Both the position numbers and the translations under genes were made by a program. A DNA stretch of 64,000 nucleotides from Obrimoposthia wandeli (lineage: Eukaryota), in NCBI GenBank assembly GCA_977020255.1, contig CDROCS010003840.1:248001-312000 (forward strand), read 5' to 3'. Positions 52,013 to 63,446 of this stretch are shown here, in pieces. The notes beneath the pieces are model-generated. The model saw nothing but the letters and a program-made list of their open reading frames with translations, made no database searches and was not told where the DNA came from. How positions within the stretch are numbered: the stretch's first letter is position 1; every line of letters starts with the position of its first letter.

Positions 52013-52345
52013 TATATAGGACTCGTGTTTTCAGTGTTAGTTCAAATTAGTTCTATTTAATTTTAGCCATTAGTATAAATTACTGATCTTATTAATTAAT
52101 TCATATCGTCATTTCATTTAGGTGAGGCACTTTTTATTGGAAACATATGATGCAAATCAGAGCATAGTCACGAGTACTCTGGCACATTATCATCAGGCTA
52201 CCTCAACACGTTGGATTCAGAATTCTCGCTTGAGGTAACTTGGGGATCATATCTCTATGATGTTCTAAATCCCTTTTCTGTCTGGCACCGCCTTTCTACC
52301 ATAATTGTGCCAGTCGTGGTCTACGACGTATTGAAGGAGAGCAAA

Positions 52346-53470
52346 GTGGCTCTGAATCTTGACCTAGATATCTATTTAAATCAGCTTCAACAACTTGTAA
52401 ATATCGATTGTGGTACGCGAACACCATCTGGCGTAGCTAAAATTGCTGATGTGTTGACACCAATGTTTGAACAAATTGGGTTTCATGTTGAGCGTTTTCA
52501 ATTACATAATGATGCAGGTCCTTGCCTAAAAATAACCAATAAGCCTGACGCGCAATTCTATGACGTGATGTTAAGCGGCCATATGGATACCGTCTTTCCT
52601 GAAGGTACAGTTGCTAATCGTCCGATGACGTATGATGACGAGAAAGCTTACGGTCCTGGTGTCACCGATATGAAATCTGGCATATTGAGTGCGTGGTATG
52701 CCTTACAGGCGTTGACGCTTGAAGATCTGGATCGCTTATCAATTGTTGTCGCCTTAAATTGCGATGAAGAGATTGGTTCTTTATATTCTCGTGAATGGCT
52801 AGAAAGTATTGCACGTCAAAGTCGTCAAGTATTAGTGTGTGAAGCGTCACGTCCGACCGGAAACCTAATCCGATCTCGTAAGGGTAATGCTAAATATGAA
52901 CTTGAATTTCATGGGGTTGCTTCTCATGCCGGTTCCGCTTTAGCTGATGGTATTTCTGCTATTTATGAGTTGAGCCATTGGTCGTTGGCAATTAAAGATA
53001 TGGTTAACCTGAGTACTGGCACCACGATGAATGTGGGGGTTATTGAAGGGGGCATGGCTGTTAATGTTGTGCCTGATTACGCAAAAGCCATTGTTGATCT
53101 GCGTTTCTGGAATACAGAAGAAGCGGAAGCTATCGATAAAACGTTGCGTGAAATGGCGGAAAATCCTTTTGAAAAAGGGGCAAGCGTAACTGTAAATCGT
53201 GTCACTTTTAAGCCATCTATGCAACCGACCGTAGATACCGAAGCACTCATTAAATTGGTGAGTGAAGAGGCAGATAAATTAACAATAACGTATGGCTGGG
53301 AAGATGCAGGAGGTGGTTCTGATGGTAACTTTACAGCAGCACTTGGTATTCCGACGTTAGATGGTTTTGGTCCTATGGGGGCTGGTTTCCATAGCGACAA
53401 AGAGTATTTGTTAATTAATTCAATTCAGCCTCGTATCCAGTTACTCGCTAATGTACTAAAGCGTATTTAA
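52346..53470 (+). CDS. M20-family metallopeptidase (glutamate carboxypeptidase-like), likely GTG start at 52346
   Basis: GHMDTV, DMKSG, CDEEIGS, HAG, SDGN and H-x-x-E motifs; AAGGAG RBS. Confidence 0.92.
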   Translation: MALNLDLDIYLNQLQQLVNIDCGTRTPSGVAKIADVLTPMFEQIGFHVERFQLHNDAGPCLKITNKPDAQFYDVMLSGHMDTVFPEGTVANRPMTYDDEKAYGPGVTDMKSGILSAWYALQALTLEDLDRLSIVVALNCDEEIGSLYSREWLESIARQSRQVLVCEASRPTGNLIRSRKGNAKYELEFHGVASHAGSALADGISAIYELSHWSLAIKDMVNLSTGTTMNVGVIEGGMAVNVVPDYAKAIVDLRFWNTEEAEAIDKTLREMAENPFEKGASVTVNRVTFKPSMQPTVDTEALIKLVSEEADKLTITYGWEDAGGGSDGNFTAALGIPTLDGFGPMGAGFHSDKEYLLINSIQPRIQLLANVLKRI

Positions 53471-53494
53471 TACACTACCTATTATAAGCCATTG

Positions 53495-53519
53495 AAAAGC
53501 CTCTTTTAGAGGCTTTTTT
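53495..53519 (+). terminator. Terminator after the M20 peptidase
   Basis: AAAAGCCTC-TTTTA-GAGGCTTTTTT. Confidence 0.75.
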
Positions 53520-53923
53520 ATATTGAGATGAACCTCAATAAAGAAAACCCGTCTCTATAAGGGGACGGGTTATGAAGAATGTCTTCTAAGAAAAAGCAGT
53601 GGCATAATATAAGACCTGCAAGTCCACTATTTGTTCCCAAAAATGTGATCTTTTTCAATAAAAGATCACATTTAAATTAAGATTTATGCTTGTAAAGAAT
53701 AAGTGTCATTATTAATCATCGATTTACCCTTTCTTGAATTCTGGTGTTTCTGGCCATTTCTGCTTAATAAAAAGCACATCAATATCTAAACTTCTGTGCA
53801 TCTCTTATTGAGAGGCTGTGAAGGATCGGCGTCACATTTTAGAATGTATTTCAATATGAGATACGTAAAACTAACGTTATTTAATTGATTTTAACTTGTT
53901 AAATATGTTGTCGAGATGTAAAG

Positions 53924-53940
53924 TTCAAACATGTGTTTAA
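53924..53940. promoter_or_regulatory. PsrA-type operator upstream of the TetR gene
   Basis: TTCAAACA-TG-TGTTTAA palindrome; implies the true gene start is 53955. Confidence 0.6.
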
Positions 53941-53954
53941 TACGGGTGAATGAA

Positions 53955-54629
53955 ATGGCGGGAAAAGGAGAAACAAAAGGGCGTATTTTGGATGCTGCTG
54001 AACTGCTATTTGCTGAACATGGATTCAAAGAAACCTCACTAAGGACAATAACAAGTAAAGCTGGCGTTAATTTAGCTTCAGTTAATTATCATTACGGCGA
54101 TAAGAAAACATTGGTTAGAGCCGTACTTAGCCGTTATTTAGAACAATTCATGCCTTCGATTAAAAATGAATTGGAAACATTACTTAAGCACGATGAGATT
54201 ACGATGGAAGATGTTTTCTGTTGTGCGAAACAGCCTTTATCATCATTGAATGATTATCGACCTCATGGCGCAACTATTTTTATGTCGTTGATTGGGCGTG
54301 GTTACACCGATGTTCAAGGTCACTTGCGTTGGTTTATCATAACGCGCTACAACGATGTGTTAACCCTTTTTACGAGCGCGGTATGTCGTGCAAACCCATC
54401 GCTTGATCCTGAAACGCTTTTTTGGCGACTGCATTTCACGTTGGGTGCTGCAGTATTTACGATGGCATCAAGTACAGCATTGCGCGAAATCGCTGAAAAT
54501 GATTTTTCCTGCAAAGTTGAAACTGAAGATCTTATTGATCGTTTAGTCCCTTATTTAGCGGCGGGTGTAGCTGCACCTATCGATCAAGGTTTGTCTTTAG
54601 TCTCACCTCCCAAAACAGGCACAGAGTAA
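53955..54629 (+). CDS. TetR-family regulator (PsrA-like)
   Basis: ILDAAELLFAEHGF..TSLRTIT..AGVNLASVNYHYG HTH; lies upstream of fadE. Confidence 0.9.
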   Translation: MAGKGETKGRILDAAELLFAEHGFKETSLRTITSKAGVNLASVNYHYGDKKTLVRAVLSRYLEQFMPSIKNELETLLKHDEITMEDVFCCAKQPLSSLNDYRPHGATIFMSLIGRGYTDVQGHLRWFIITRYNDVLTLFTSAVCRANPSLDPETLFWRLHFTLGAAVFTMASSTALREIAENDFSCKVETEDLIDRLVPYLAAGVAAPIDQGLSLVSPPKTGTE

Positions 54630-54693
54630 CTCTAATGATTTAACGTATCCCTACATTAATAATAACGATAAATGAAACAAAAGGACCTGAAAA

Positions 54694-56970
54694 ATGAGCA
54701 CTTTAACTAATTTGCGTCAACGCTACATCAGTGATCCCGCTTTTAAAATGTTTAAAAAAGTGCTGCCACCATTATCTGATACAGAGCGAGAAGCGATGGA
54801 AGCAGGTAGTGTGTGGTGGGATGGAGAGTTGTTTAGTGGTTCACCTAATTGGAATACTTTGCTGACTTACCCAAAACCAAAGCTCACGGATGAAGAGCAA
54901 ACGTTTATCGATACAAAGCTCGAAACTTTATTGGAGATGCTGAACGATTATGAAATTGTTCAGGAAGACAAAGATCTTTCGCCAGAGGTATGGGCGTATC
55001 TACGAAAAGAAAAGTTTTTCTCGCTGATTATTAGTAAAGAATATGGTGGTTTGAATTTTTCAGCGCTGGCGAACTCTACGATTGTGACAAAAATTGCGAC
55101 GCGCAGTTTAAGCGCTGCAGTCACTGTTATGGTACCTAATTCGTTAGGGCCTGGTGAGTTGCTGTCTCATTACGGCACGCAAGAGCAAAAAGACTATTGG
55201 CTACCACGTTTAGCGCATGGTGAAGAAGTCCCTTGTTTTGCGTTAACTGGTCCTGAAGCGGGTTCAGATGCTGGTAGCATCCCCGATATGGGTATTGTTT
55301 GTTACGGCGAACACCAAGGTAAAGAAGTGCTGGGTATTAAGGTTAGCTGGAACAAGCGTTATATCACCCTTTCACCCGTTGCAACCGTGTTAGGCCTTGC
55401 GTTCAAGCTGCAAGACCCTGACGGCTTGATTGGTGATAAAACGGATATTGGTATTACTTGTGCTTTAATCCCTGCTGATCATCAAGGTGTTGAGATTGGT
55501 GAACGTCACGATCCACTGAATATGGCATTCATGAATGGTCCTACACGTGGGCAAGATGTCTTTATTCCGATGGATTGGGTCATTGGTGGTCAAGAATATG
55601 TGGGTCGCGGCTGGCGTATGCTGGTGGAGTGTCTATCAGCTGGGCGTGGTATTTCATTACCTGCGTTAGGTGCCGCAGTTGGTCACCTAACAGCACGTAC
55701 TACAGGGGCATATTCCTATGTACGTAAGCAATTCGGTATGTCGATCGGTAACTTTGAAGGTGTAGCACAAGCAATGGGGCGTATTGGTGGTTACACCTAT
55801 ATGTTAGAAGCGTCTCGAACGTTAACAACAACGTCGTTGGATCAAGGTGAAACTCCCGGAATTGTTACGGCGATTGCTAAATACCACATGACAGAAATGG
55901 CCCGTACAATCTTAAATGATTCGATGGATATTCATGCCGGACGCGCGATTCAGCTTGGGCCTATGAACTACTTAGGTCACCATTACTTCGGTATTCCTGT
56001 TGCGATTACCGTTGAAGGCGCAAACATTCTGACCCGAAACTTAATGATCTTTGGTCAAGGGGCAACACGTTGTCACCCGTTTGTACTGAAAGAAATGGAA
56101 TCTGCAGCAAATCCTGATGCTAAGCAAGGCGCAAAAGAATTTGATGGCTTGTTATCGAAACACATCAGTTTTGCGGTGGGTAATGTCGCAAAGTCAGTAT
56201 TGAATGCATTCACGGGTTCACGATTTAATTCAGCACCTGTTAGTGGTGAAACTGCGGTGTATTATCGCCATTTATCACGCATGAGTAAGGCACTAGCCGT
56301 TGCTGCTGACTTTGCAATGTTGAGTCTTGGTGGTGAGTTAAAGCGCCGTGAACTGGTATCAGCACGATTAGGTGATGTACTCAGTCACTTGTATTTAGCC
56401 TCTGCAACTTTAAAGCGCTTTGAAGATGAAGGCCGTCAACAACAAGATCTTCCGATGGTGCACTACGCGCTACAACATTGTTTACACCAGTGTGGTGTTG
56501 CCTTTCATGAAGTGCTTAACAACTTCCCACGTAAAGGGGTAGGTCGTACATTGCGTACCATTTTGTTCCCGCTTGGTATTCGTTATGACGCACCAAGTGA
56601 TGAAGTAACGGTTCAAATTGCAAAGCTACTGATGACTCCAGGCGCACATCGCGAGCGTTTAACGAGTCTCTGCTACATAGGCGATAAAGAGTCAGATCCG
56701 GTTGCGATTATGGAACGTGCGTTTGTTGCCATGTACAGCGTGAAAGATATTGAGCGTAAATTGGTACAAGCAACGAAGTCGGGTGAGATCCCACGCAAAA
56801 TTTCATTAACAGAAAAGTTACAAATCGCGCTGGGTGCGGGTATTGTCACAGAAGTAGAAGTTGAAAAAATGCACAATGCTGACCAGTTGAGACAGCAAGC
56901 GATCCAAGTGGATAACTTTGATGCTGATAAATTCAAAAAAAGTGGTCTGCAACCAGGAAAGGCGGCTTAA
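54694..56970 (+). CDS. fadE: Acyl-CoA dehydrogenase
   Basis: VPNSLGPGELL, FALTGPEAGSDA and ITVEGANILTR motifs. Confidence 0.93.
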   Translation: MSTLTNLRQRYISDPAFKMFKKVLPPLSDTEREAMEAGSVWWDGELFSGSPNWNTLLTYPKPKLTDEEQTFIDTKLETLLEMLNDYEIVQEDKDLSPEVWAYLRKEKFFSLIISKEYGGLNFSALANSTIVTKIATRSLSAAVTVMVPNSLGPGELLSHYGTQEQKDYWLPRLAHGEEVPCFALTGPEAGSDAGSIPDMGIVCYGEHQGKEVLGIKVSWNKRYITLSPVATVLGLAFKLQDPDGLIGDKTDIGITCALIPADHQGVEIGERHDPLNMAFMNGPTRGQDVFIPMDWVIGGQEYVGRGWRMLVECLSAGRGISLPALGAAVGHLTARTTGAYSYVRKQFGMSIGNFEGVAQAMGRIGGYTYMLEASRTLTTTSLDQGETPGIVTAIAKYHMTEMARTILNDSMDIHAGRAIQLGPMNYLGHHYFGIPVAITVEGANILTRNLMIFGQGATRCHPFVLKEMESAANPDAKQGAKEFDGLLSKHISFAVGNVAKSVLNAFTGSRFNSAPVSGETAVYYRHLSRMSKALAVAADFAMLSLGGELKRRELVSARLGDVLSHLYLASATLKRFEDEGRQQQDLPMVHYALQHCLHQCGVAFHEVLNNFPRKGVGRTLRTILFPLGIRYDAPSDEVTVQIAKLLMTPGAHRERLTSLCYIGDKESDPVAIMERAFVAMYSVKDIERKLVQATKSGEIPRKISLTEKLQIALGAGIVTEVEVEKMHNADQLRQQAIQVDNFDADKFKKSGLQPGKAA

Positions 56971-57192
56971 GAGTTATTGTGCCATTTGTGTTCAGTAATT
57001 CTTTAAAAGAATAATAAACCTGGTGTCTCCCATGTGTCATGCAAAGATTGAAAAATCGATTGCATGGCACTTTTTTTTGCCTAAATTTAGTGTCCACACC
57101 TCCAACCACTGTAATTTTTACGGCTTTTAGACATAAAAATAATGCGAAGTTGCCAGTAACCTTTTATCCTACAGTCAATTATGTAAGGGAAG

Positions 57193-58401
57193 TTGAAGAT
57201 GATCATCAAACCTAAAATTCGTGGATTTATTTGTACAACAGCGCACCCAGTGGGTTGTGAAGAGAACGTTAGAGAGCAAATCGCATACACTAAAGCTCAA
57301 GGTCCAATTGCAAATGCACCTAAGCGTGTACTTGTTGTAGGCTCTTCTAGTGGTTACGGTTTGTCATCACGTATTGCTGCGGCATTCGGTGGTGATGCAG
57401 CAACTATTGGTGTGTTCTTTGAAAAGCCAGGTACAGAGAAAAAAACCGGTACAGCAGGTTGGTATAACTCAGCAGCATTCGACAAATTGGCTAAAGAAAA
57501 AGGTCTTTACTCTAAGAGCTTGAATGGCGATGCTTTCTCTCATGAAGCGAAACAGAAAACAATCGATCTGATCAAAGCCGACCTAGGTCAGATTGATATG
57601 GTGGTGTATTCGTTAGCATCACCTGTTCGTAAAATGCCTGAAACGGGTGAAGTTGTACGTTCAAGCCTAAAACCAATGGGTGAAACATACACAGCAACAG
57701 CCGTTGATACGAACAAAGATGTATTAATTGAAGCAAGCGTTGAGCCTGCAACAGAGCAAGAAATCGCTGATACCGTTACCGTAATGGGCGGTCAGGATTG
57801 GGAGCTTTGGATTAATGCTCTGTCTGAAGCGGGTGTTCTAGCGGATGGTTGTAAGACAGTTGCTTACAGCTACATCGGTACTGAAATTACTTGGCCAATA
57901 TACTGGCATGGCGCACTAGGCAAGGCGAAGATGGACCTTGATCGTGCAGCATCAGAATTAAATAACAAGCTATCTGCTACTGGTGGTTCAGCGAATGTTG
58001 CCGTATTAAAGAGTGTTGTTACTCAGGCGAGTTCTGCAATTCCAGTAATGCCTCTTTATATCGCAATGGTCTTTAAGAAGATGCGAGAAGAAGGAGTGCA
58101 TGAAGGTTGTATGCAGCAAATCTATCGTATGTTCACTCAACGCTTGTACAAGGCTGATGGTACAGTTGCGGAAGTAGACGAAGAGAATCGTTTACGTCTT
58201 GATGATTGGGAACTGCGTGAAGACATCCAGAAGCACTGTCGTGACTTATGGTCTAGCGTAACCAATGAAAACTTGTTTGAAGTTGCTGATTATCAGGAAT
58301 ATAAAGACGAGTTCATTAAGTTATTTGGCTTCGGCATCGATGCAATTGATTATGATGCAGACGTTAATACACTGGTTGAATTTGATGTAGAAAGTATTTA
58401 A
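57193..58401 (+). CDS. fabV: Enoyl-ACP / trans-2-enoyl-CoA reductase
   Basis: [14 protein letters not shown] and [10 protein letters not shown] motifs. Confidence 0.96.
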   Translation: MKMIIKPKIRGFICTTAHPVGCEENVREQIAYTKAQGPIANAPKRVLVVGSSSGYGLSSRIAAAFGGDAATIGVFFEKPGTEKKTGTAGWYNSAAFDKLAKEKGLYSKSLNGDAFSHEAKQKTIDLIKADLGQIDMVVYSLASPVRKMPETGEVVRSSLKPMGETYTATAVDTNKDVLIEASVEPATEQEIADTVTVMGGQDWELWINALSEAGVLADGCKTVAYSYIGTEITWPIYWHGALGKAKMDLDRAASELNNKLSATGGSANVAVLKSVVTQASSAIPVMPLYIAMVFKKMREEGVHEGCMQQIYRMFTQRLYKADGTVAEVDEENRLRLDDWELREDIQKHCRDLWSSVTNENLFEVADYQEYKDEFIKLFGFGIDAIDYDADVNTLVEFDVESI

Positions 58402-58418
58402 TCATATTCAATGAGTAT

Positions 58419-58450
58419 AAAAAAACCGCCTTAAGTCAGGCGGTTTTTTT
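58419..58450. terminator. Bidirectional terminator between fabV and the sensor kinase
   Basis: AAAAAAACCGCCT..AGGCGGTTTTTTT. Confidence 0.85.
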
Positions 58451-58475
58451 GTTTGGGAAATTTAAACCAACAGTA

Positions 58476-59822
58476 TCAGTTTTTGGGTAGATGAATAATA
58501 AAGGCAGCACCTTCTATACTTGCTGTATCTACATGAATTTTCCCTTGATAACTTTCAACTATCTCATGACAAACCGATAGGCCAATACCTTGACCAGGAT
58601 TGAGTTGATCAGCACGAATACCACGTTGGAAGATCGCTTCTCGCATATCTGGTGTCACACCTGGCCCATCATCTTCAATACGAATGATATAATGGTCGCT
58701 ATACTCTGCAACATTAATGCGTACTTCACTGATACAAAAACGGTAAGCATTTTCCAAAATATTACCGAGTAGCTCCATGAGATCGTCACGATTAATCGGT
58801 AATTTTAATGATGTGTCGAAGCTCTCGGAGAATTTTACCTGTTTATCGGCATATATCTTACTGAGCATACGAGAAAAGCTATCTATAGCGGGTTTAAGCT
58901 CCGTTTTGTCTTTTTGTAAGCCTTGCTGACCCATCATTGCACGCTTTAGCTGGTACTGAACTAAATTGTCCATTTGGCTGATTTGTTCGAGTACCCGTTG
59001 GTTTAATTCAGCACGTGAAATGTCTTTGTCGTCTAGTAGGGCATTGGTTGCTGCAAGACGTGTTTTAAGGCTATGGGCTAAATCATCCACCGAATGGCGA
59101 TAACGCCCTTTTTGGTCATTACTGATTCGAATTAAGCGGTTTAAGGCAAGGGTTATATCTTGTAACTCCATTGGGAAGTCACTATCAAGGCTGTCGCGTT
59201 TAGCATCTGTCATTTGATCAAGCTGTGTAGCCAGTCGACGCAATGGTTGAAAGCTCCAATGAAATGCGGCAATTAAAAATGCGATGGCAATAAGAACAAA
59301 TAAACCTAAATAAAAGGTCGTGCGTTTATGCAGTTGCGTGAGCGATGCCTCGTAGGGCCCTGCTGGGCGAAGTACGACTAATTGATAAATAGTGCCACGT
59401 TCACGGTCTCGACTCAGATTATAAGCAATGTAGCTGCTTTCATCGGGTAGTTTAACCAATGTCGGTGTGGGTATTTCTTCTGGTAGATTACGGCATATGT
59501 CTGCTAGATTTACGGTTTTAGCTTCATCAGAAAGCCATACCGTATTATCATTTTGATCACAAACGACAGACATGTAATCACTATCGGAAGGGTCGACAGA
59601 ATCTATCCACTTATCAACATCTTTAATCAATCCAGCTTGATTAAGTTGTGCCACAACCATTGGCATCTGGGCTACTAACTCTGAAGAATAAGAAGCCATA
59701 TAACTTTGTGAGTAGAGCTGGTTAATAACCCCTGCAAGCGCAGAGGTTATTAATACAATAATAGCTACAGATGTCACTAAAACCCGACGTCGAAGACGAG
59801 GTTGAAGAATGGTTGTCTTCAT
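58476..59822 (-). CDS. PhoQ-like sensor histidine kinase
   Basis: Two TM segments, HAMP, DLAHSLKT H box, GNILENA, EDDGPG and GQGIGL. Confidence 0.9.
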   Translation of the reverse strand: MKTTILQPRLRRRVLVTSVAIIVLITSALAGVINQLYSQSYMASYSSELVAQMPMVVAQLNQAGLIKDVDKWIDSVDPSDSDYMSVVCDQNDNTVWLSDEAKTVNLADICRNLPEEIPTPTLVKLPDESSYIAYNLSRDRERGTIYQLVVLRPAGPYEASLTQLHKRTTFYLGLFVLIAIAFLIAAFHWSFQPLRRLATQLDQMTDAKRDSLDSDFPMELQDITLALNRLIRISNDQKGRYRHSVDDLAHSLKTRLAATNALLDDKDISRAELNQRVLEQISQMDNLVQYQLKRAMMGQQGLQKDKTELKPAIDSFSRMLSKIYADKQVKFSESFDTSLKLPINRDDLMELLGNILENAYRFCISEVRINVAEYSDHYIIRIEDDGPGVTPDMREAIFQRGIRADQLNPGQGIGLSVCHEIVESYQGKIHVDTASIEGAAFIIHLPKN

Positions 59823-60493
59823 TGAGCTTGTAACTCAAAAATGTAGCCCTGACCACGAATGGTCGTAATAGGGTTGTCTTGTCCTGTTGTCATGAACTTC
59901 TTACGTAGGCGGCTTATCATCACCTCGATAGTGTTTGGATCACCTTCTTGATCTTCATAAAGCACATCCAGTAAACGTTGTTTTGAAACAACCTGACGGC
60001 TATGGCGCATGAGATATTCAAGTAAGTCATATTCAAATGCAGTTAGTTCAAGTAGGGTCTCAGCAACAAACACTTGCTTTGCTAGTAAATCGACACGGAT
60101 ATCACCCGCTGACATTTCTGGTTTTACAAAGCCAGCGCTACGACGAACTAAAGCACTTAAACGAGCAACCATCTCTTCTTTTTGAAACGGTTTAACTAAA
60201 TAATCATCAGCACCCGCTTCTAGACCGGTTACTTTATCTTGCCAATTGGCACGCGCTGTTAAAATGAGTACGGGTAAGCGAAGCCCTTTTTTTCGCATAT
60301 CTTTTATCAAGCTTATTCCGTCACGATCAGGTAAACCTATATCGACAACCGCAATATCATTAGGATAATTTTGTGCAAAAAACAGACCTTCTTCGGCTGT
60401 ACCGGCACATTGGACTTGATGACCCAATTCACTGAGTTGAGACTTTAGATGATGACTCAGAATTTGATCATCTTCGACAATTAGGATTCGCAT
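59819..60493 (-). CDS. PhoP-like OmpR-family response regulator
   Basis: ILIVEDD, VVDIGLP, GADDYLVKPF and TIRGQGY motifs. Confidence 0.92.
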   Translation of the reverse strand: MRILIVEDDQILSHHLKSQLSELGHQVQCAGTAEEGLFFAQNYPNDIAVVDIGLPDRDGISLIKDMRKKGLRLPVLILTARANWQDKVTGLEAGADDYLVKPFQKEEMVARLSALVRRSAGFVKPEMSAGDIRVDLLAKQVFVAETLLELTAFEYDLLEYLMRHSRQVVSKQRLLDVLYEDQEGDPNTIEVMISRLRKKFMTTGQDNPITTIRGQGYIFELQAQ

Positions 60494-60723
60494 AATTTTG
60501 ATTACCAAAGATAAATATATCTAATGAATATACGTAATAGAAAAGAAGCTTGCGAGATTAAGTGTAGGGAATGTGACTGAATAGACGCTGACTCATTAAA
60601 TTTTAGCGATAACAAATCATTTTTGCATCGTTTAGTAACAATTACAGACCTTAAGTGATGGCTCTTTCTATTAAAACGATGTGTGAATTAAGAGAGAAGA
60701 GCCATGAAATCATATACTGAACA

Positions 60724-62406
60724 TTAATTCATGATGATGAATAACGTACCGGCAATGGTTAACAGTACGTTGGCAATGGCATAAGTACCAGCATAGCCTA
60801 AAGCTGGAATTGTGCTTCGAGCATGTTCATTGATCATATCCATCGCAGGTGCACAAGTTCGAGCACCAATGATGGCACCAAATAAAAGTGCACGGTTCAT
60901 CTTCAGTACGTAAGCACCAAATAGGTATGCCAATACAACAGGGATCACACTTACCATAAGGCTAGTGACTAATACCATAGGACCAATATGTGCAAGTGAA
61001 TCGAATAAATTAGAACCCGCACTTAAACCAATCCCAGCCATGAAGACCATTAAGCCAAGATCTTTCGCCATATTAAGCGCACCTTGGGGTACATAGCCAA
61101 AAGTAGGGTGGTTAGCACGTAGGAATCCTAATGTAATACCTGCAATCAGAAGCCCTGCAGCACTACCCAAACCAAATGCAACGTGACCAAATGCTAATGT
61201 AATTGAACCGATAAGTAACCCGATGATAAAAAAGCAGCAGAATGCTAATAGATCGGCAATTTGACTGTGAATCGAGATAAAACCAATACGTTCAGCAAGA
61301 CCAAGTACTCGACTTTTCTCCCCACTGACTTGCAAAATATCCCCTTTATTCAACAGAATATTATGGTCCATCGGCATTTCTATTTGTGCGCGAACAACAC
61401 GGTTCAAAAAACAGCCGTATTCTGATAAATTTAGCTCAGATAGGCGTTTGCCCGAGATGTTGTCATTCTTAACCACAATCTCTTCTTCAACAATGCGAAG
61501 GTCGAGAAGATCACGGTCAAAAACTTCTTTGCCGTTTCGAAAGCTGGGGTCCAAACGTGCGTGGCTGTCTGGGTAACCCACTAAGGCAATCTCATCACCT
61601 TCTTGTAAAATTGCGTCACCATCTGGGTTTGCTAATATACCGTTTCGTCGTACACGTTCGATGTAGCAACCTGTTTGGCGGTAGATACCCAATTCTCGTA
61701 AGTTACGACCATCAATCCAGTTAATTAGCTCAGGACCAACACGGTAAGCGCGAATGATCGGTAAATATACTTTACGTTGAGCCACTTCACCAATACCACG
61801 TTCACGGGCAATTTGTTGCGACGATTCAGCCAGGTCTTGTTTCTGTAACTTAGGCATTAGCTTAGCGAGAAAAATAAGACTGATTAAACCCATCAAATAT
61901 GACATCGCATAGCCAACGCTTAGGCTATCAATGGTTTGTTTAATGATATCAGGATCGCTAATTCCAGATAATCCGGAATTCAATGCGTCTTTAGCACCAA
62001 CAAGAACAGGTGTTGCCGTCAATGCACCAGCCATTAAGCCTGTCGCTAAACCTATATCAAGATCAAGATAGTGAGTCATGGTTAAAGTGATGGCTATGGC
62101 AGAAAGCAGTACAACGAGAGCGAGTAAAAGATAATGTTTACCATCTCGGAAGAAAATACCGAAAAAGTTAGGACCAGCTTCAATACCCACACAAAAAATA
62201 AATAGCATAAAGCCAATATTTAATGCTTCAGTATTAAACGTAAATCCGGCATTACCAAATAGTATGGCAGTCAGTAAAACACCAATAGAATTGCCTACTT
62301 GCATCTTAGCAAAACGAATTTTACCGAAACTTAGACCAACAGCGAGAACAACAAAAAGCAACAAAATATCATTCTGATGGAGAAGGGATGCTACATCGAT
62401 ATTCAC
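60724..62406 (-). CDS. ybjL: Aspartate:alanine exchanger family transporter
   Basis: GIEAGPNFF, two TrkA-C domains and [10 protein letters not shown]; adjacent to grxA as in enterobacteria. Confidence 0.92.
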   Translation of the reverse strand: MNIDVASLLHQNDILLLFVVLAVGLSFGKIRFAKMQVGNSIGVLLTAILFGNAGFTFNTEALNIGFMLFIFCVGIEAGPNFFGIFFRDGKHYLLLALVVLLSAIAITLTMTHYLDLDIGLATGLMAGALTATPVLVGAKDALNSGLSGISDPDIIKQTIDSLSVGYAMSYLMGLISLIFLAKLMPKLQKQDLAESSQQIARERGIGEVAQRKVYLPIIRAYRVGPELINWIDGRNLRELGIYRQTGCYIERVRRNGILANPDGDAILQEGDEIALVGYPDSHARLDPSFRNGKEVFDRDLLDLRIVEEEIVVKNDNISGKRLSELNLSEYGCFLNRVVRAQIEMPMDHNILLNKGDILQVSGEKSRVLGLAERIGFISIHSQIADLLAFCCFFIIGLLIGSITLAFGHVAFGLGSAAGLLIAGITLGFLRANHPTFGYVPQGALNMAKDLGLMVFMAGIGLSAGSNLFDSLAHIGPMVLVTSLMVSVIPVVLAYLFGAYVLKMNRALLFGAIIGARTCAPAMDMINEHARSTIPALGYAGTYAIANVLLTIAGTLFIIMN

Positions 62407-62730
62407 AACATTTTTTCCGGGAAGGGGAACATAACAAAAGTGACGAAATTCTAGCTGATTTTAGAGATTTGTCATATCAGAATTCCACATTTTTTAGATT
62501 ATTTTTTTCTTAGAATAGCTATTAGATAAAGTTATACCTTTTGCACATCTTAACCGTTCATCGTGTGCTATAACCTCAAAATAAAGACGAATTCACTTAA
62601 TATCAGCGTATTATTTGGTGGTGAGAGAAAATGGAAGTGAAAGGTAGGAAATAAAAGTATTAAAAGGGCTGAAAGATCAGCCCTAATTGATTCTTCTAAC
62701 AACTATTGCGCTGTTATTTACTGTTCGCCA

Positions 62731-62994
62731 TTATTGAAAAAGGCTTAGGTTTTCTTTTGCGTATGCTTCAAATTCTGTATAGCCACCAACGTGGTCTTGG
62801 TCAACAAAAATTTGAGGAACTGTTTCAACAGGTTTTCCCACCGTTTTTTCTAGATCAGCTTTGCTGATGCCTTCCGCGTGAATGTCTACATAACGGAAGT
62901 TAAAATCGTCGCGCTCTTCTTTTAGTTTTTCAGCAAGGTCTTTTGCACGAACACAGAATGGGCAACCAGGACGACCAAAAATAACAACGAACAT
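62731..62994 (-). CDS. grxA: Glutaredoxin 1 (start 62994)
   Basis: FGRPGCPFC and TVPQIF motifs. Confidence 0.96.
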   Translation of the reverse strand: MFVVIFGRPGCPFCVRAKDLAEKLKEERDDFNFRYVDIHAEGISKADLEKTVGKPVETVPQIFVDQDHVGGYTEFEAYAKENLSLFQ

Positions 62995-63446
62995 AATATC
63001 TCTCCTCAAATTTATTGCGTTTACTATAACTTGCCAACGCTCGATGAGAAAGCGGGTTTTATCTCTTACTCTGATAGATAAAACCGATTGATGTTTTTTG
63101 TATACATCCAAAAAGGTACGAGAAGTATATAAACGACGAAACCAGACTAAAGAGTCTGTTTTTTTCTTTGACGTTGTAGACACCTTGGAAAATGAACTGA
63201 TTAAGCGTCACTTTCACGACATATATTTATGTGCTTTGTCAATATTTTATGTGACGAAGAACTTATTCCTTTAAGTTGAAATTTTATAGCGGTCAAATAT
63301 TGTTCAGAATCAAAATGAGTAACTAATATTCCGTAATACTAAGTTAGGTATATGTTTATCAATTTAAATACTCACTTATTTTCAGTTAAGTAAAGTAGTC
63401 AGGTGATTATTCAAATTTGTATTGTAGTTTGTGTAATGGAGTACCT

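Noticed and set aside
60510-60723. rybB downstream of ybjL, as in enterobacteria
   Set aside because: No GCCACTGCT seed or sigmaE promoter is present there; only an imperfect hairpin.
62995-63183. N-terminal extension of grxA (150-aa ORF in the track)
   Set aside because: Glutaredoxin similarity and the GGAG RBS start at 62994; the extension is an open-frame artefact.
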